From Candidatus Magasanikiibacteriota bacterium (GTDB lineage: Bacteria; Patescibacteriota; Patescibacteriia; Magasanikbacterales; GWA2-37-8): a stretch of DNA of 64,000 nt. The DNA lies in assembly GCA_963802255.1 (NCBI GenBank), contig CAWDHY010000002.1, forward strand, positions 183,480 through 247,479, written 5' to 3'. Below the pieces are notes generated by a model that made no database searches, was not told the origin of the DNA, and was given only the letters and a program-made list of their open reading frames with translations. How positions within the stretch are numbered: the first letter of the stretch is position 1; the number at the start of each line of letters is the position of its first letter. Position numbers and translations under genes: made by a program. Shown piece after piece: positions 28,461 to 38,780 of this stretch.

Positions 28461-29225
28461 TTATTCAAATCTATCTAAAAATTCCCGCGACAATCGTTCA
28501 TACGCTTTAGCCCCCTTGCCGCTTGATTCATAGTGAAATATACTCTGACCGTAACTTGGCGCCTCGGCCAGACGGACAGTCCGCGGTATTACGGTTCGAA
28601 ATATATTGTTGGGAAAAAATTTATATAGTTCATGTAGTACTTCTTCGGAAAGGCGATTGCGCGAATCAAACATGGTGAGCACAGCACCTAATACGTTTAA
28701 TTCGGGTTTGATATTGTCCCGCACTAGATCAATTGTTTTTAATAGCTGGCCCAGCCCTTCCAGGGCATAATATTCGGCTTGCACCGGAATAAGTACATGA
28801 TCGGCCGCGACAAGGCCATTCAAAGTCAACAGACCTAGCGATGGAGGGCAATCAATAATAATATAATCATAAGCATGCTTCGCTTCGCTCAATACATCTG
28901 ATAATTTTTTTTCACGACCCTCAATATTGACCAGTTCAACATTGGCACCTGCAAGATCCGGAGTGGCGGGAGCAACGCGCAAGCCTGTATGCGCCGTATT
29001 TCTGACAATATCATGAATGCGCGACGTGCCGATAATTGTATGATATAGGCCTTCAGCCACTTCGTCCGGCCTGATACCCAGCCCGGAAGTTGCATTGCCT
29101 TGCGGGTCTAAATCAACAAGCAAAACAAACTTACCGGCCTCAGACAGGCCAGCTGCAAGGTTTACGGCCGTAGTGGTCTTTCCCACCCCGCCTTTTTGAT
29201 TGACAATTGATATTACTGGAGGCAT
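28461..29225 (-). CDS. parA: chromosome partitioning ATPase ParA (Soj)
   Basis: Deviant Walker A KGGVGKTTTAVNLAAGL. Confidence 0.9.
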   Translation of the reverse strand: MPPVISIVNQKGGVGKTTTAVNLAAGLSEAGKFVLLVDLDPQGNATSGLGIRPDEVAEGLYHTIIGTSRIHDIVRNTAHTGLRVAPATPDLAGANVELVNIEGREKKLSDVLSEAKHAYDYIIIDCPPSLGLLTLNGLVAADHVLIPVQAEYYALEGLGQLLKTIDLVRDNIKPELNVLGAVLTMFDSRNRLSEEVLHELYKFFPNNIFRTVIPRTVRLAEAPSYGQSIFHYESSGKGAKAYERLSREFLDRFE

Positions 29226-29231
29226 AATTAG

Positions 29232-29261
29232 GTGTTATTGTACCATAAATAAATATTTTAT
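29232..29261 (-). promoter_or_regulatory. candidate parAB promoter TTGATA N16 TGgTACAAT
   Basis: Minus-strand hexamers with extended -10. Confidence 0.4.
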
Positions 29262-29287
29262 CAAAGAGAAAAGATTGTTGATATATT

Positions 29288-29316
29288 AGCCAATATTTGA
29301 CAAAAACCTGTAATTT
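29288..29316 (+). promoter_or_regulatory. consensus sigma70 promoter TTGACA N17 TATAAT driving tRNA-Leu
   Basis: Perfect consensus hexamers 24 nt upstream of the tRNA 5-prime end. Confidence 0.7.
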
Positions 29317-29339
29317 CAATATAATATTAGCACTATTTT

Positions 29340-29424
29340 GCCCGGGTGGCGGAATTGGTAGACGCGCACGACTCAAAATCGTGTTCCTTCGGGAGTGAGA
29401 GTTCGATTCTCTCCTCGGGCACCA
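29340..29424 (+). tRNA. tRNA-Leu (anticodon CAA), type II with long variable arm, CCA encoded
   Basis: GCCCGGGTGGCGGAATTGGTAGACGC...anticodon loop CT-CAA-AA...variable arm TTCCTTCGGGAGTGA...T arm GAGTTCGATTCTC...GGGCACCA. Confidence 0.85.
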
Positions 29425-29511
29425 AAAAAGTCAAAAAATTATTTATTAACCGTGAAACTTGACTTAATATCAATAATCTATTGATTTAGTTAATATTCAC
29501 ACAAAAAATCT

Positions 29512-29889
29512 ATGGAAAATGGATCAGAAATTAATAGAAGAGAGGGCCAAAAAGAAGAAGCACAGCGGAAAATCGATGCTCTGGTGGATCGGTTACCGAA
29601 CCTCGACTTCAGCAACCAAGAAGCCGTGCTCGACTGGATTTGTGAATTTCAAGACCCAAGCGATCACATCGGCGTCGTAAAGGATCAACAAAAGATACTC
29701 GAGACTTTTGCGGAGCATGGTTATCAGCCGAGCGTGAACACGGGCGAAGCTTTGGATAGAGAAAATAGCAACAATGTCGCTCGCTATATCATCGGCCAAG
29801 CACTCGATGGTTTGCAAGACGACGCTGGCGCCATTCGCCATGTCATTCACAAATTGACGGACGACTGGAAGAAAAAGTTCGCTTCCTAA
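29512..29889 (+). CDS. hypothetical protein (125 aa), moderately GC-enriched
   Basis: Intact ORF; palindrome ATCAATAatcTATTGAT 25 nt upstream; an imperfect hairpin plus T-tract follows. Confidence 0.4.
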   Translation: MENGSEINRREGQKEEAQRKIDALVDRLPNLDFSNQEAVLDWICEFQDPSDHIGVVKDQQKILETFAEHGYQPSVNTGEALDRENSNNVARYIIGQALDGLQDDAGAIRHVIHKLTDDWKKKFAS

Positions 29890-30039
29890 TCGCTTTGCCC
29901 CCAAAAGAGTTCTTCGCGGGCAATACGCGCAGGGCTCTTTTTTTGATTTTTTCTCCAATTTTTTATAGAATTTATTTGCATTAAATCTGCAAATGCTGAA
30001 TTGGATACCATTCCACCAAAGAAAAATTTGAAATTGTCA

Positions 30040-30167
30040 GCGGTGCGGCTCGGCCGCCTTTTCCAATTTTTGCTGGGGTGATCCGCCCACCGCCACAGGC
30101 GGCGAAATATATTCGGCCTAATTCAAAAGTACTGCGCATATTAAAAAACCGCGAAAGCGGGTTTTTT
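30040..30167 (+). promoter_or_regulatory. GC-rich multi-hairpin leader ending in an intrinsic terminator, upstream of the metallophosphoesterase gene (candidate riboswitch or attenuator)
   Basis: Hairpins gcggc-tcg-gccgc, ggtg...cacc, ccgcc-aca-ggcgg, then aaaaaaccgc-gaaa-gcggtttttt about 40 nt before the ATG. Confidence 0.25.
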
Positions 30168-30208
30168 CTTTTGCTTTTTTCATTATTATCAAGTAAAATA
30201 CGTCCATT

Positions 30209-31177
30209 ATGATTTTTCTATTAACAATTGTTTACGGCTATATTTTGGTGGCCGGATTAATGATTTTTTTTATCTATCGTGATTCACGCCGGCCGGAATT
30301 ATTTTTCGCTCGTCATAGATGTTTATCAATTTTTTGCGTTGCCATATTAGCGTTGGGCATACTTACCGGATTATATTCTACATTGATTGAACCGTTTATT
30401 TTACAGACAACATCTGTTGCTATCCATTCGGCAAATATTAAATCTGAAATTAAAATCGCTTTTGTTTCCGACATTCAGGTTGGGCAATGGAAAAAAGCTG
30501 GATGGGTAGAAAAAATTGTTGAACATATTGAAAATGCGAAGCCGGACATAATAATTCTTGGCGGCGATTTGATTGACAACGAAGGAACATTTGAGGATGA
30601 AAGCAAATATTTAGAACCTCTAAAAAAATTAGTTGGCCGTTATCCTATTCACTATGTACTGGGCAACCATGAATATGGTATTGGTGGAACAGTCCGGACA
30701 AAGCCGGAAAAATATACCGGCGACAGGTCTCAGTTGGTGATTGACCGGATGACGGCACTCGGCATTCCCCTGCTTCGTAATAATTTAATCTGTCTGACAA
30801 TTAAAGATCAGGACATCTGCATTTTTGGTATTGATGATATTTGGAAAAACAATCCAGATTTCACTGGTTTGCAAGATTGGGATAAAAAAATACCACTTAT
30901 ATATATCACACATAATCCGGATGGCATTTTGTATTATCCGACCAATCTACCGCCGCCATTTTTGGTTTTATGCGGTCACACTCACGGCGGACAAATTTGG
31001 CTTCCCTTTTGGGGACCTTTGGCGAGCGCACAAACAATCTTGGATAGACAATATTATCGGGGATTAAATTTTTTTAATAATATTCCGATATACACTTCGG
31101 TCGGCGCCGGTGAGTCCGGTGCACCATTACGACTTTTCGCCTGGCCCGAGATTGTGATAATTAATCTGGAAAAATAA
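30209..31177 (+). CDS. membrane-anchored metallophosphoesterase (calcineurin-like)
   Basis: N-terminal TM helices; phosphoesterase motifs GDLIDN, GNHEY, GHTHGG. Confidence 0.75.
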   Translation: MIFLLTIVYGYILVAGLMIFFIYRDSRRPELFFARHRCLSIFCVAILALGILTGLYSTLIEPFILQTTSVAIHSANIKSEIKIAFVSDIQVGQWKKAGWVEKIVEHIENAKPDIIILGGDLIDNEGTFEDESKYLEPLKKLVGRYPIHYVLGNHEYGIGGTVRTKPEKYTGDRSQLVIDRMTALGIPLLRNNLICLTIKDQDICIFGIDDIWKNNPDFTGLQDWDKKIPLIYITHNPDGILYYPTNLPPPFLVLCGHTHGGQIWLPFWGPLASAQTILDRQYYRGLNFFNNIPIYTSVGAGESGAPLRLFAWPEIVIINLEK

Positions 31178-31208
31178 AAAACCGCCGGATATTCCCAGCG
31201 GTTTTTTT
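31176..31208. terminator. bidirectional intrinsic terminator aaaaaccgc-cggatattcccag-cggttttttt
   Basis: Stem plus T-tract between convergent genes. Confidence 0.65.
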
Positions 31209-31210
31209 GG

Positions 31211-32605
31211 CTAAAACTCGGCATTCTTTGGTGTTCTGGGGAATGGTATTACATCGCGTATATTATCCATACCGGTCAAATACATGATTAACCTCTCAAA
31301 ACCGAGGCCAAACCCTGCGTGCGGTACGCCTCCATAACGGCGCAAATCCAAATACCACCAATAATCTTGAAGTTCAAGGTTCATTTCTTTCATTCTTGCC
31401 TCTAACCTATCCACCCGCTCTTCACGCTGACTGCCACCAATTATTTCGCCAATACCCGGCACAAGCAAATCCATAGCCGCCACAGTTTTTCCATCATCAT
31501 TTTGACGCATATAAAACGCCTTAAAATCTTTTGGATAGTCGGTCACAAAGACCGGCTTTTTATAGACCATCTCTGTCAGATATTTTTCATGTTCGGTTTG
31601 CAGTTCCTTGCCCCAGTCAACCGGAAATTCAAATTTCTGCCCTGATTTTTTCAAAATTTCCACTGCCTCAGTATAGGTTATATGTTCAAACGGCGTACCT
31701 GAAACAATATCCAATCTTTCAGATAAACCGGTATCTATAAACTTATTAAAAAATGTCATTTCCTCGGGCGCGTTCTCGCGCACATAAGAAATAATATATT
31801 TCACAAACTCCTCCGCAAGTGCTTTGTCATCATCCAAATCTGCAAAAGCAATTTCCGGTTCAATCATCCAAAACTCAGACGCATGACGCTTGGTATTAGA
31901 ATTCTCGGCGCGGAAAGTCGGACCAAAAGTATATACTTTGCGGAAGGCCATAGCGAACGATTCAGCTTCCAGCTGGCCACTAACAGTGAGACCAACTCGC
32001 TTGCCGAAAAAATCATCGGTGAAATTGATTTCGCCTTCATCTGTTTTAGGCGCACTTTTTAAATCTAAAGTTGTTACTTGAAACATCTCCCCTGCTCCTT
32101 CACAATCGGAACCGGAAATAATCGGCGAATGCGTATAAATAAAACCCCGTTCATTAAAAAATTTATGTATGGCAAATGCAGCTAATGACCTCACCCGAAA
32201 AACAGCGGAAAAAGTGTTTGACCGCGGACGCAAATGCGCAATCTCACGCAAAAATTCAAATGAATGTCTTTTTTTCTGCAAAGGATAATCAGGGTTCGAC
32301 TCACCAATTACTTCAATCAATATAGCCTTTAATTCAAATGGCTGCTCAGCACCGCTGGACTCAACCAGCTCGCCTTCGACTCTTACGGAAGCACCAATAC
32401 TTATTTTTTTTATGTTTTCTGAATTTGGTAAGTCATCATCAAACACTATCTGTAAATTCTTAAAAAACGTGCCATCGTTTAATTCAATAAACGAGGCATT
32501 TTTTGATTCACGGGTCGTTCTAACCCAGCCACTAACAGATATCTTTTTTCTTAAAAAATTTGCCTGATTGCTGAAAATGTCCTTAATTTCGAGCGTTTTC
32601 TTCAT
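31211..32605 (-). CDS. asnS: asparagine--tRNA ligase
   Basis: 464 aa class IIb aaRS with OB anticodon-binding N-terminus, motif 2 [21 protein letters not shown], motif 3 GFGLGFERL. Confidence 0.8.
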   Translation of the reverse strand: MKKTLEIKDIFSNQANFLRKKISVSGWVRTTRESKNASFIELNDGTFFKNLQIVFDDDLPNSENIKKISIGASVRVEGELVESSGAEQPFELKAILIEVIGESNPDYPLQKKRHSFEFLREIAHLRPRSNTFSAVFRVRSLAAFAIHKFFNERGFIYTHSPIISGSDCEGAGEMFQVTTLDLKSAPKTDEGEINFTDDFFGKRVGLTVSGQLEAESFAMAFRKVYTFGPTFRAENSNTKRHASEFWMIEPEIAFADLDDDKALAEEFVKYIISYVRENAPEEMTFFNKFIDTGLSERLDIVSGTPFEHITYTEAVEILKKSGQKFEFPVDWGKELQTEHEKYLTEMVYKKPVFVTDYPKDFKAFYMRQNDDGKTVAAMDLLVPGIGEIIGGSQREERVDRLEARMKEMNLELQDYWWYLDLRRYGGVPHAGFGLGFERLIMYLTGMDNIRDVIPFPRTPKNAEF

Positions 32606-32632
32606 ATGATATGGATAATTTGTTTCCTAATT

Positions 32633-33355
32633 CTATAATATTTTGCTTATTATATCAAGTTTTTTATGACTATGATGCTTTACGAAAGATTGTACCGCAA
32701 TTTCAAGCGCTCTGGAACAGCTGTTCGGCCAGTTATCCACCTGATCATTCAAAAATACGCGCCAAATTTCCATATCATTTGCATTTAATTCTACGATCTT
32801 AACAATGGTATTATTTTGTCTGCACTCCGAACAGATAAGACCGCCATCAGAAGGAGAAAAAAAATAACGCGTATTATTTTTCTTTTCCGGAACAATTTTA
32901 CCGCAAAATATGCATTTCTCAATAGACGGAGCAAGCCCAAGAATCTTAAATAACCGCGTTATAAAACCAAAAAAATATCCGTTTTTAAAATCAATTTCTT
33001 CCAGGGTTTCCAGCCAATTCACAATAAATTTAAAAACAGGGGCATCGGCTTCATGTTCTTCAATAAGCTTATCCGCTAAAGCCATAATTCTTTGTGCCGC
33101 GATACTTTTTGACAGATCCATTCTAACTTTTTTAAAGCTGTTTAATCCGACGACTTTTGTAATATGTTTTACCTCCTTGCCTGGTATAATTTCTATCTCA
33201 ACCAAAAAAAACGGCTCTAAATAAGCCGAATTCTTGCTAACAATCTTCTTTACACCCCGAGCCAGAGCTGTGATTTTACCTTGTTCAGGTGTTAGAAGTG
33301 TAATTAGCTGATCATAATCTCTATAATCCACTCTCTTTAACACTAAAGCTAACAT
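32633..33355 (-). CDS. recO: DNA repair protein RecO
   Basis: N-terminal OB fold and C-terminal Cys4 zinc motif (CIFCGK...CSEC). Confidence 0.8.
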   Translation of the reverse strand: MLALVLKRVDYRDYDQLITLLTPEQGKITALARGVKKIVSKNSAYLEPFFLVEIEIIPGKEVKHITKVVGLNSFKKVRMDLSKSIAAQRIMALADKLIEEHEADAPVFKFIVNWLETLEEIDFKNGYFFGFITRLFKILGLAPSIEKCIFCGKIVPEKKNNTRYFFSPSDGGLICSECRQNNTIVKIVELNANDMEIWRVFLNDQVDNWPNSCSRALEIAVQSFVKHHSHKKLDIISKIL

Positions 33356-33358
33356 ATA

Positions 33359-33760
33359 TTATTTTCTATTTACACAAAGCCAATCCTCCAGAATAATCAT
33401 AGCTGATTTTTCATCCCGACTGACGCCACCCATCATTCTATCGGCTGCTTGCGAACTGAATCGTTCATCAAAAAATTCCACACCCACTCCGGTCTTCTCC
33501 TGAACTTCCCCGCCAAATTTTCTAATTCGTTCCGTATTCATATTTTCTCTTCCGTCTGTGCCGACCGGTAAGCCAATTATTATTTTATTAATTTTTTCGT
33601 CTGAAATTATTTTTATAACCTCGATAATATTTTTTGCAACGCCAAAAGGCAGGGGCGCGCCAATGCCGGTGTCGCACCATGCCAATCCAATATTTTTTGT
33701 TCCGTAATCAATTGCTAAAATATTCATAATCGATATGAGTAAGGGAAATAATGTGTTCAC
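33359..33760 (-). CDS. ruvX: Holliday junction resolvase-like protein RuvX/YqgF (pre-16S rRNA nuclease)
   Basis: ILAIDYGTKNIGLAWCD RNase H-like signature. Confidence 0.8.
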   Translation of the reverse strand: MNTLFPLLISIMNILAIDYGTKNIGLAWCDTGIGAPLPFGVAKNIIEVIKIISDEKINKIIIGLPVGTDGRENMNTERIRKFGGEVQEKTGVGVEFFDERFSSQAADRMMGGVSRDEKSAMIILEDWLCVNRK

Positions 33761-33813
33761 ATATTATTTCCGAGCAAATGAGGTTATGTCCTTTACACGG
33801 CAAAGGATATAGT

Positions 33814-34617
33814 TCATAGTTCTTCAGGTCTGCGGGTTATTACCTCACACCCTTTTGTTGTCACCACAACTGTATGCTCAAAATGCGCGCATAAAGAATT
33901 GTCAGTGGTTTTAATCGTCCAGCCATCCGGCGCCGTTATAATGTGCCAGCCCCCCATTGTTATCATCGGTTCAAGTGCCAGGACCATTCCTGGTTCCATA
34001 ATAAAGTCATCCAGTCGCTTATCATAATAATTTGGTATCCAGGGCTCCTCATGCACGGCATAACCGACCCCATGGCCCGATAAATCGCGGATAATACCAT
34101 ATTTTCCCTGTGATTTAACATATTTCTCTATTTCTCTTCCTATTTCAGAAACACCTATGCCTGGCCTTATTGCTTTGATACCCACCTCAAGTGCCTGTGC
34201 GGTTACGTTAAGCAACTCATATGAAGATTTTTTTACAGCCTTTCCCACAATTATTGTAATTGCTGTATCGGTAAACATACCTACTGTTCTCTTGCCAAAC
34301 GGATATTCCATACCGATATCAATACTAAACAAATCCCCTTTTTTTAACAGGGAATCCTTTTTCGGAATACCATGAACAATTTCATCATTAAAAGAAGCGC
34401 AAATAGTTGAAGGAAACGGCGGCTCGGTCGGATGGTTTTTAAAATACTTAAAAGCCGGTCGTCCTCCGGCCTTTACAATCATTTCCTCAGCCGCTCGGTC
34501 TATTTCCCAAGTGGAGACGCCCGGTTTACACATTTTTACTAAGTCCGACAAAATGCGGCCAAGAATTTTTCCGCCCTTCTTTAACGTTCTGATATCTTCC
34601 GGCTTCTTTATTAACAT
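33814..34617 (-). CDS. map: type I methionine aminopeptidase
   Basis: Metal-ligand context (FSIDIGM, GHGVG, EPMIT) for a pita-bread fold. Confidence 0.9.
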   Translation of the reverse strand: MLIKKPEDIRTLKKGGKILGRILSDLVKMCKPGVSTWEIDRAAEEMIVKAGGRPAFKYFKNHPTEPPFPSTICASFNDEIVHGIPKKDSLLKKGDLFSIDIGMEYPFGKRTVGMFTDTAITIIVGKAVKKSSYELLNVTAQALEVGIKAIRPGIGVSEIGREIEKYVKSQGKYGIIRDLSGHGVGYAVHEEPWIPNYYDKRLDDFIMEPGMVLALEPMITMGGWHIITAPDGWTIKTTDNSLCAHFEHTVVVTTKGCEVITRRPEEL

Positions 34618-34620
34618 AAA

Positions 34621-35292
34621 TTATTTTATCACGGCCTTTTCCACATCTCTCGCGACCTTTTCAATTTTTTGTTCACCATTAATAATCTTTAAAATACCGA
34701 GCTTAGAATAATAATCTAAAATTGGAGCCAAGGACCTATTTCCCTGTTCAATGATCCTTGCTTTAATTGTCTTTTCCTTGTCATCCGGCCGGTATTTTAA
34801 AGCTCCCCCGCATTTTGGACAAACTGTTAATTTCATCGTTTCTTTTATCCACGGTATTATTTCCCTGCATTCACCGCAAATACGCCTTTTTGTTAAACGA
34901 TTAAATGACTCATCGTCACTAATCACAATTGCCAATATCAGAGTATCGCGGTCCAAATCTTTTGTCTCCAAATATTGATTCACGCGCGCCGCTTGCTCTA
35001 TCGTGCGAATCGCTCCGTCAAAAACAATACCATGATAATTTCTTTCCTTGATAAATCTTTCAACCGCTCTGATAACAAGCCCGCAAATAAACCAGTCGGG
35101 CGCTAATTGGCCGGCAAAATTTACATCGTGCAATATTTGTTTTTCTTCCTTCGTCGCTTCCGGGTCAATCGCCATAGACCTGATTAAATCGCCGGTTGAT
35201 ACATGGCGATAGTGATATTTCTCGGCAATCTTCTTGGCCTGAGTCCCTTTACCTGATCCCGGAGGACCGACGAAGATTAATATTTTTTTCAT
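34621..35292 (-). CDS. adk: adenylate kinase with Cys4 zinc LID
   Basis: P-loop GPPGSGKGTQ; LID CGECREI...CPKCGG; the ORF-track N-terminal extension covers the promoter, so the true start is MKKILIF. Confidence 0.9.
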   Translation of the reverse strand: MKKILIFVGPPGSGKGTQAKKIAEKYHYRHVSTGDLIRSMAIDPEATKEEKQILHDVNFAGQLAPDWFICGLVIRAVERFIKERNYHGIVFDGAIRTIEQAARVNQYLETKDLDRDTLILAIVISDDESFNRLTKRRICGECREIIPWIKETMKLTVCPKCGGALKYRPDDKEKTIKARIIEQGNRSLAPILDYYSKLGILKIINGEQKIEKVARDVEKAVIK

Positions 35293-35332
35293 TGTTTTTA
35301 CCTTTAAAATTAGCCAAATTTTTGGCGTAATT

Positions 35333-35361
35333 ATTATAGCAAAAAAACTGGTAAATTTCAA
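35333..35361 (-). promoter_or_regulatory. sigma70 promoter TTGAAA N17 TATAAT for adk-map
   Basis: Consensus hexamers on the minus strand between the secY terminator and the adk start. Confidence 0.55.
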
Positions 35362-35391
35362 TGCTTTGTATTTTAGTGATACTTCTCATAC

Positions 35392-35426
35392 AAAAAAACT
35401 CCGGATTAACTTATCCGGAGTTTTTT
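35392..35426. terminator. intrinsic terminator after secY (ctccggat-taactt-atccggag plus T-tract)
   Basis: Perfect 8-bp stem with flanking A- and T-tracts. Confidence 0.7.
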
Positions 35427-35436
35427 AAATAATAAT

Positions 35437-36726
35437 TTATATATGATCGTATTCGTGCATAGTTAACTGAGCTTCAAGCTGTTTTGCCGTTTCAATAGCT
35501 ACAGATACAACGATAAGAAGCGATGTGCCGCCGATTGTTAATACTTGTGAACCGCTGACTGAACGAAGTAAGAGCGGTAATACGGCGATTAAGCCCAAAA
35601 AACTGGCGCCGATCAAATTGATACGGCTGACAATCGCCGAAAGATAACCCTCTGTTTCTTTTCCCGGTCTGATACCAGGAACAAATCCGCCGTTTTTCTG
35701 TAAATTCTCCGCAATTTTTTGCGGATGAAAAATGACCGAGGTGTAGAAAAAAGTAAAACCAAAAACCAAAAGGAAGTATGAAATACCGTAAAAAGCCTGA
35801 TTATTAAATAATCTGATTATAAACATGGCAAAATTTTTCAGCCATTCCGCGTTTGCTGATACAAAAAATTGCGCGATCATCGGCGGAATTACCACGAGTG
35901 AGATGGCGAAGATAATCGGGATAACTCCGGCCATATTAACACGGATGGGCAAATGTGTTGATCCGCCTCCAAAAATGCGCGAACCGCGCACTTGCTTGGC
36001 GTAATTGACCGGAATTTGACGCTGACCTTCGCTGATAAAAACCACGCCGACGACAGTCACAAGAGCGATTAAACCAAACATTACAAATGTATAAAAATCG
36101 GCCGCAGTATAGTTTGCAACTGCTTGCCCGATGGTAGACGGCAAGGAGGCCACGATACCGGAAAAGATTAACAATGAAATACCATTACCCACTTTTCTTT
36201 CAGAAATCAATTCACCAATCCAGACAAGAAACATGGTGCCTGCGGTAATACTGACCATTATGGTAAACATATCTAAACCGGTCAAACTTGCAGGAAGAAT
36301 ATCCCGTGATGAATTCGCCAAAAAACGAATCATAGCAAAGGACTGTAAAAACGCGAGCGGAACTGTAAGCCAGCGCGTATACATGTTTATTTTTGCCTGG
36401 CCAGACTCACCTTCTTTTTGCATTTCCTCCAGTTTCGGCACAATCATGGCTAGAAGCTGAAAAATAATTGACGAAGTAATGTATGGAGCAACGCCAAGCA
36501 TTATCAATGAAAAATTCTTTACAGTGCCCCCGGAAAAAACATCGAGCAATTGAAATACTTGCTGACCGGATAAAAATTCACGCAATGCTTGCACATTGAC
36601 GCCTGGCACAGGAATATGCGCCACTAAACGATAAATTACCAAAAGCCCGAGGACAATAAAAACATTTTTTCTTATATCCTTAATTTTCCAGACTTTTTGA
36701 ATTTTTTCCCACATATATTGTATCAA
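35437..36726 (-). CDS. secY: preprotein translocase subunit SecY
   Basis: Ten TM segments, 429 aa, position after rplO. Confidence 0.9.
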   Translation of the reverse strand: MIQYMWEKIQKVWKIKDIRKNVFIVLGLLVIYRLVAHIPVPGVNVQALREFLSGQQVFQLLDVFSGGTVKNFSLIMLGVAPYITSSIIFQLLAMIVPKLEEMQKEGESGQAKINMYTRWLTVPLAFLQSFAMIRFLANSSRDILPASLTGLDMFTIMVSITAGTMFLVWIGELISERKVGNGISLLIFSGIVASLPSTIGQAVANYTAADFYTFVMFGLIALVTVVGVVFISEGQRQIPVNYAKQVRGSRIFGGGSTHLPIRVNMAGVIPIIFAISLVVIPPMIAQFFVSANAEWLKNFAMFIIRLFNNQAFYGISYFLLVFGFTFFYTSVIFHPQKIAENLQKNGGFVPGIRPGKETEGYLSAIVSRINLIGASFLGLIAVLPLLLRSVSGSQVLTIGGTSLLIVVSVAIETAKQLEAQLTMHEYDHI

Positions 36727-36775
36727 GCTAATTTACCTCTTCGGTAATATACCAGGGACAAGATATTCAATCAAA

Positions 36776-37216
36776 TTATTTTATCTCTCCGCCGGCTTTC
36801 TCAATTGCTTCTTTTGCCGATTTTGTGCAGGCTACACCCTCAACAATCAGCTTCTTTGTCAGATCGCCTTTCAATAATATCTTAGCCGATAAATCTCTGG
36901 CGCCAATAATTTTCTTCTCTTTCAAACCGGACAAATTAATTACCGCACCATCATTAAAATGTTTTTCCAAATCAGAAAGATAGACCTCAGACGGTTTGTT
37001 AAAACGACTTTTAAAACCGCGTAATTTCGGAGTTGACTGCATCATACGCTTGAATGCTTTCAAACGCAAACGATGGCTACCGCCGGCGCGCGCTGTTTGG
37101 CCCTTTCCGCCTCGGGTTGAGTAAGTGCCATGACCGGATGCATTGCCTCGACCAATACGCTTAGGCGCATGTTTCGCCCCTTTTGCCGGTTTAATTGTAT
37201 GAACTGCTAATTTCAT
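36776..37216 (-). CDS. rplO: 50S ribosomal protein L15
   Basis: Gly/Arg-rich N-terminus and operon position. Confidence 0.9.
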   Translation of the reverse strand: MKLAVHTIKPAKGAKHAPKRIGRGNASGHGTYSTRGGKGQTARAGGSHRLRLKAFKRMMQSTPKLRGFKSRFNKPSEVYLSDLEKHFNDGAVINLSGLKEKKIIGARDLSAKILLKGDLTKKLIVEGVACTKSAKEAIEKAGGEIK

Positions 37217-37224
37217 ATAGTCTT

Positions 37225-37773
37225 TTATTTATTTTCTTCCAAAACAATCTGTTTTTCTTCAGCCGGTTTGACTGCCACCGAAACAGCCGCATTCTTTGAT
37301 TTTTTCATAAAACTCTGCAGGGCGGTAAATGTAGCTTTAACAATCACAATTTTATTTTTTGTTTTTGCCAAAATTTTTGCTGAAACATTTGGAATACCCG
37401 CGAGGTCTAATACTACGCGCACTGCGCCGCCGGCAATAATACCGGAACCAACCGGAGCCGGCTTAAGAAGCACTCTTGCCGCTTTAAATTTTGCCAGTAC
37501 AGCGTGCGGTATAGTTTCTTTTACAATTGGCACATGAATTATATTTTTCTTTGCCTGTCGGGCCGCTTTCTCAACGCCAATTTGGACATCTTTACCCTTA
37601 GCAACGCCAAAACCGACACGCCCAGCGCGATCCCCCAAAATTACACAAGCCCGGAAGCTAAGGTGCTTTCCGCCTTTTGTAACACGAGTGACTCGGGCAA
37701 GGTCAAGGATATATTGATCAAATTCCTTGCGCTCTTCCTTCGCTCTGTTGTCTTTTCTACGCATGGGCTTCAT
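37225..37773 (-). CDS. rpsE: 30S ribosomal protein S5 with C-terminal extension
   Basis: S5 dsRBD and C-terminal domain; followed 8 nt later by rplO, so no L30 gene. Confidence 0.9.
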   Translation of the reverse strand: MKPMRRKDNRAKEERKEFDQYILDLARVTRVTKGGKHLSFRACVILGDRAGRVGFGVAKGKDVQIGVEKAARQAKKNIIHVPIVKETIPHAVLAKFKAARVLLKPAPVGSGIIAGGAVRVVLDLAGIPNVSAKILAKTKNKIVIVKATFTALQSFMKKSKNAAVSVAVKPAEEKQIVLEENK

Positions 37774-37804
37774 ATTGCGATATGTTTATTCCAAATATTA
37801 TTAT

Positions 37805-38179
37805 TTAAAATGTAAGGCCGCCTTCACGGGCGCCGTCAGCCGCAGCCGCAACCCGACCATGATACCGATACCCTCCGCGGTCAAATACCGCGTGGCTAAT
37901 TTTTTTCTCTTTTGCTTTTTCTGCGAGTAATTTACCGGCCAAAAAAGATTCAGAAACTTTTCTGGTACGGCCCTCTGCTTTGCTTTTCTTTACTTCTCCT
38001 GTGGTTGATTGGCAAATTGTTTTGCCGGATACATCATCGATAAGCTGAAGGGTCATACTCTTCAAACCGCGGAACACAGACAAACGGGGCACTTCAGATG
38101 TGCCTTTTAATACCGCACGCACGCGATTGTGGCGAACTGCGCGACGCTCACCTTTGCTTTTATTAAACAATCTTTTCAT
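37805..38179 (-). CDS. rplR: 50S ribosomal protein L18
   Basis: Operon position and L18 length. Confidence 0.9.
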   Translation of the reverse strand: MKRLFNKSKGERRAVRHNRVRAVLKGTSEVPRLSVFRGLKSMTLQLIDDVSGKTICQSTTGEVKKSKAEGRTRKVSESFLAGKLLAEKAKEKKISHAVFDRGGYRYHGRVAAAADGAREGGLTF

Positions 38180-38206
38180 ATAATAAATACTTTTAACTAT
38201 GGGAAA

Positions 38207-38755
38207 TTATGCCGCTGCTTTAGATGCCGTTTTTCCGGCTTTTCGTCTGATCACTTCATCAATATATTTAATTCCTTTTCCCTTGTAAGGTTCAGGTTTT
38301 CTGATACTTCTGATCTGAGCCGCCGTTTCGCCGACAATCTGTTTGTCTGCGCCTTCAATACTAATAACATTTTTATCAACAGAAATTTTTATTCCCTGCG
38401 GAGCGTTATACTCAACCGAATGAGAATATCCCACTTCTAAAACGAGCGTTTCACCTTTCATGTTGACTTTAAAACCAACACCGTTAATTTCCAATTGTTT
38501 TTTAAAGCCTTCGGTAACACCCTCAATCATGTTGCCGGCGATAGAAGAAAAAGTGCCCCAAAGCGCGCGGTCTTTCTTTAAACTTTCATTGGCAACGGTG
38601 ATAACCAGTTCATTGTCATTTACGGCCACAGTAACACGCGGATGCAGCTTCAAGCGCAACTCGCCTTTTGGCCCTTTGACAACCAATTCTCCATTTATCA
38701 CTTCTGCGGTGACACCGTTCGGAATCAGTCGAATTTTTTTACCAATACGTGACAT
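38207..38755 (-). CDS. rplF: 50S ribosomal protein L6
   Basis: Two-domain L6, 182 aa. Confidence 0.9.
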   Translation of the reverse strand: MSRIGKKIRLIPNGVTAEVINGELVVKGPKGELRLKLHPRVTVAVNDNELVITVANESLKKDRALWGTFSSIAGNMIEGVTEGFKKQLEINGVGFKVNMKGETLVLEVGYSHSVEYNAPQGIKISVDKNVISIEGADKQIVGETAAQIRSIRKPEPYKGKGIKYIDEVIRRKAGKTASKAAA

Positions 38756-38780
38756 ACTATTTTATGGTTAATGTGGTTCA

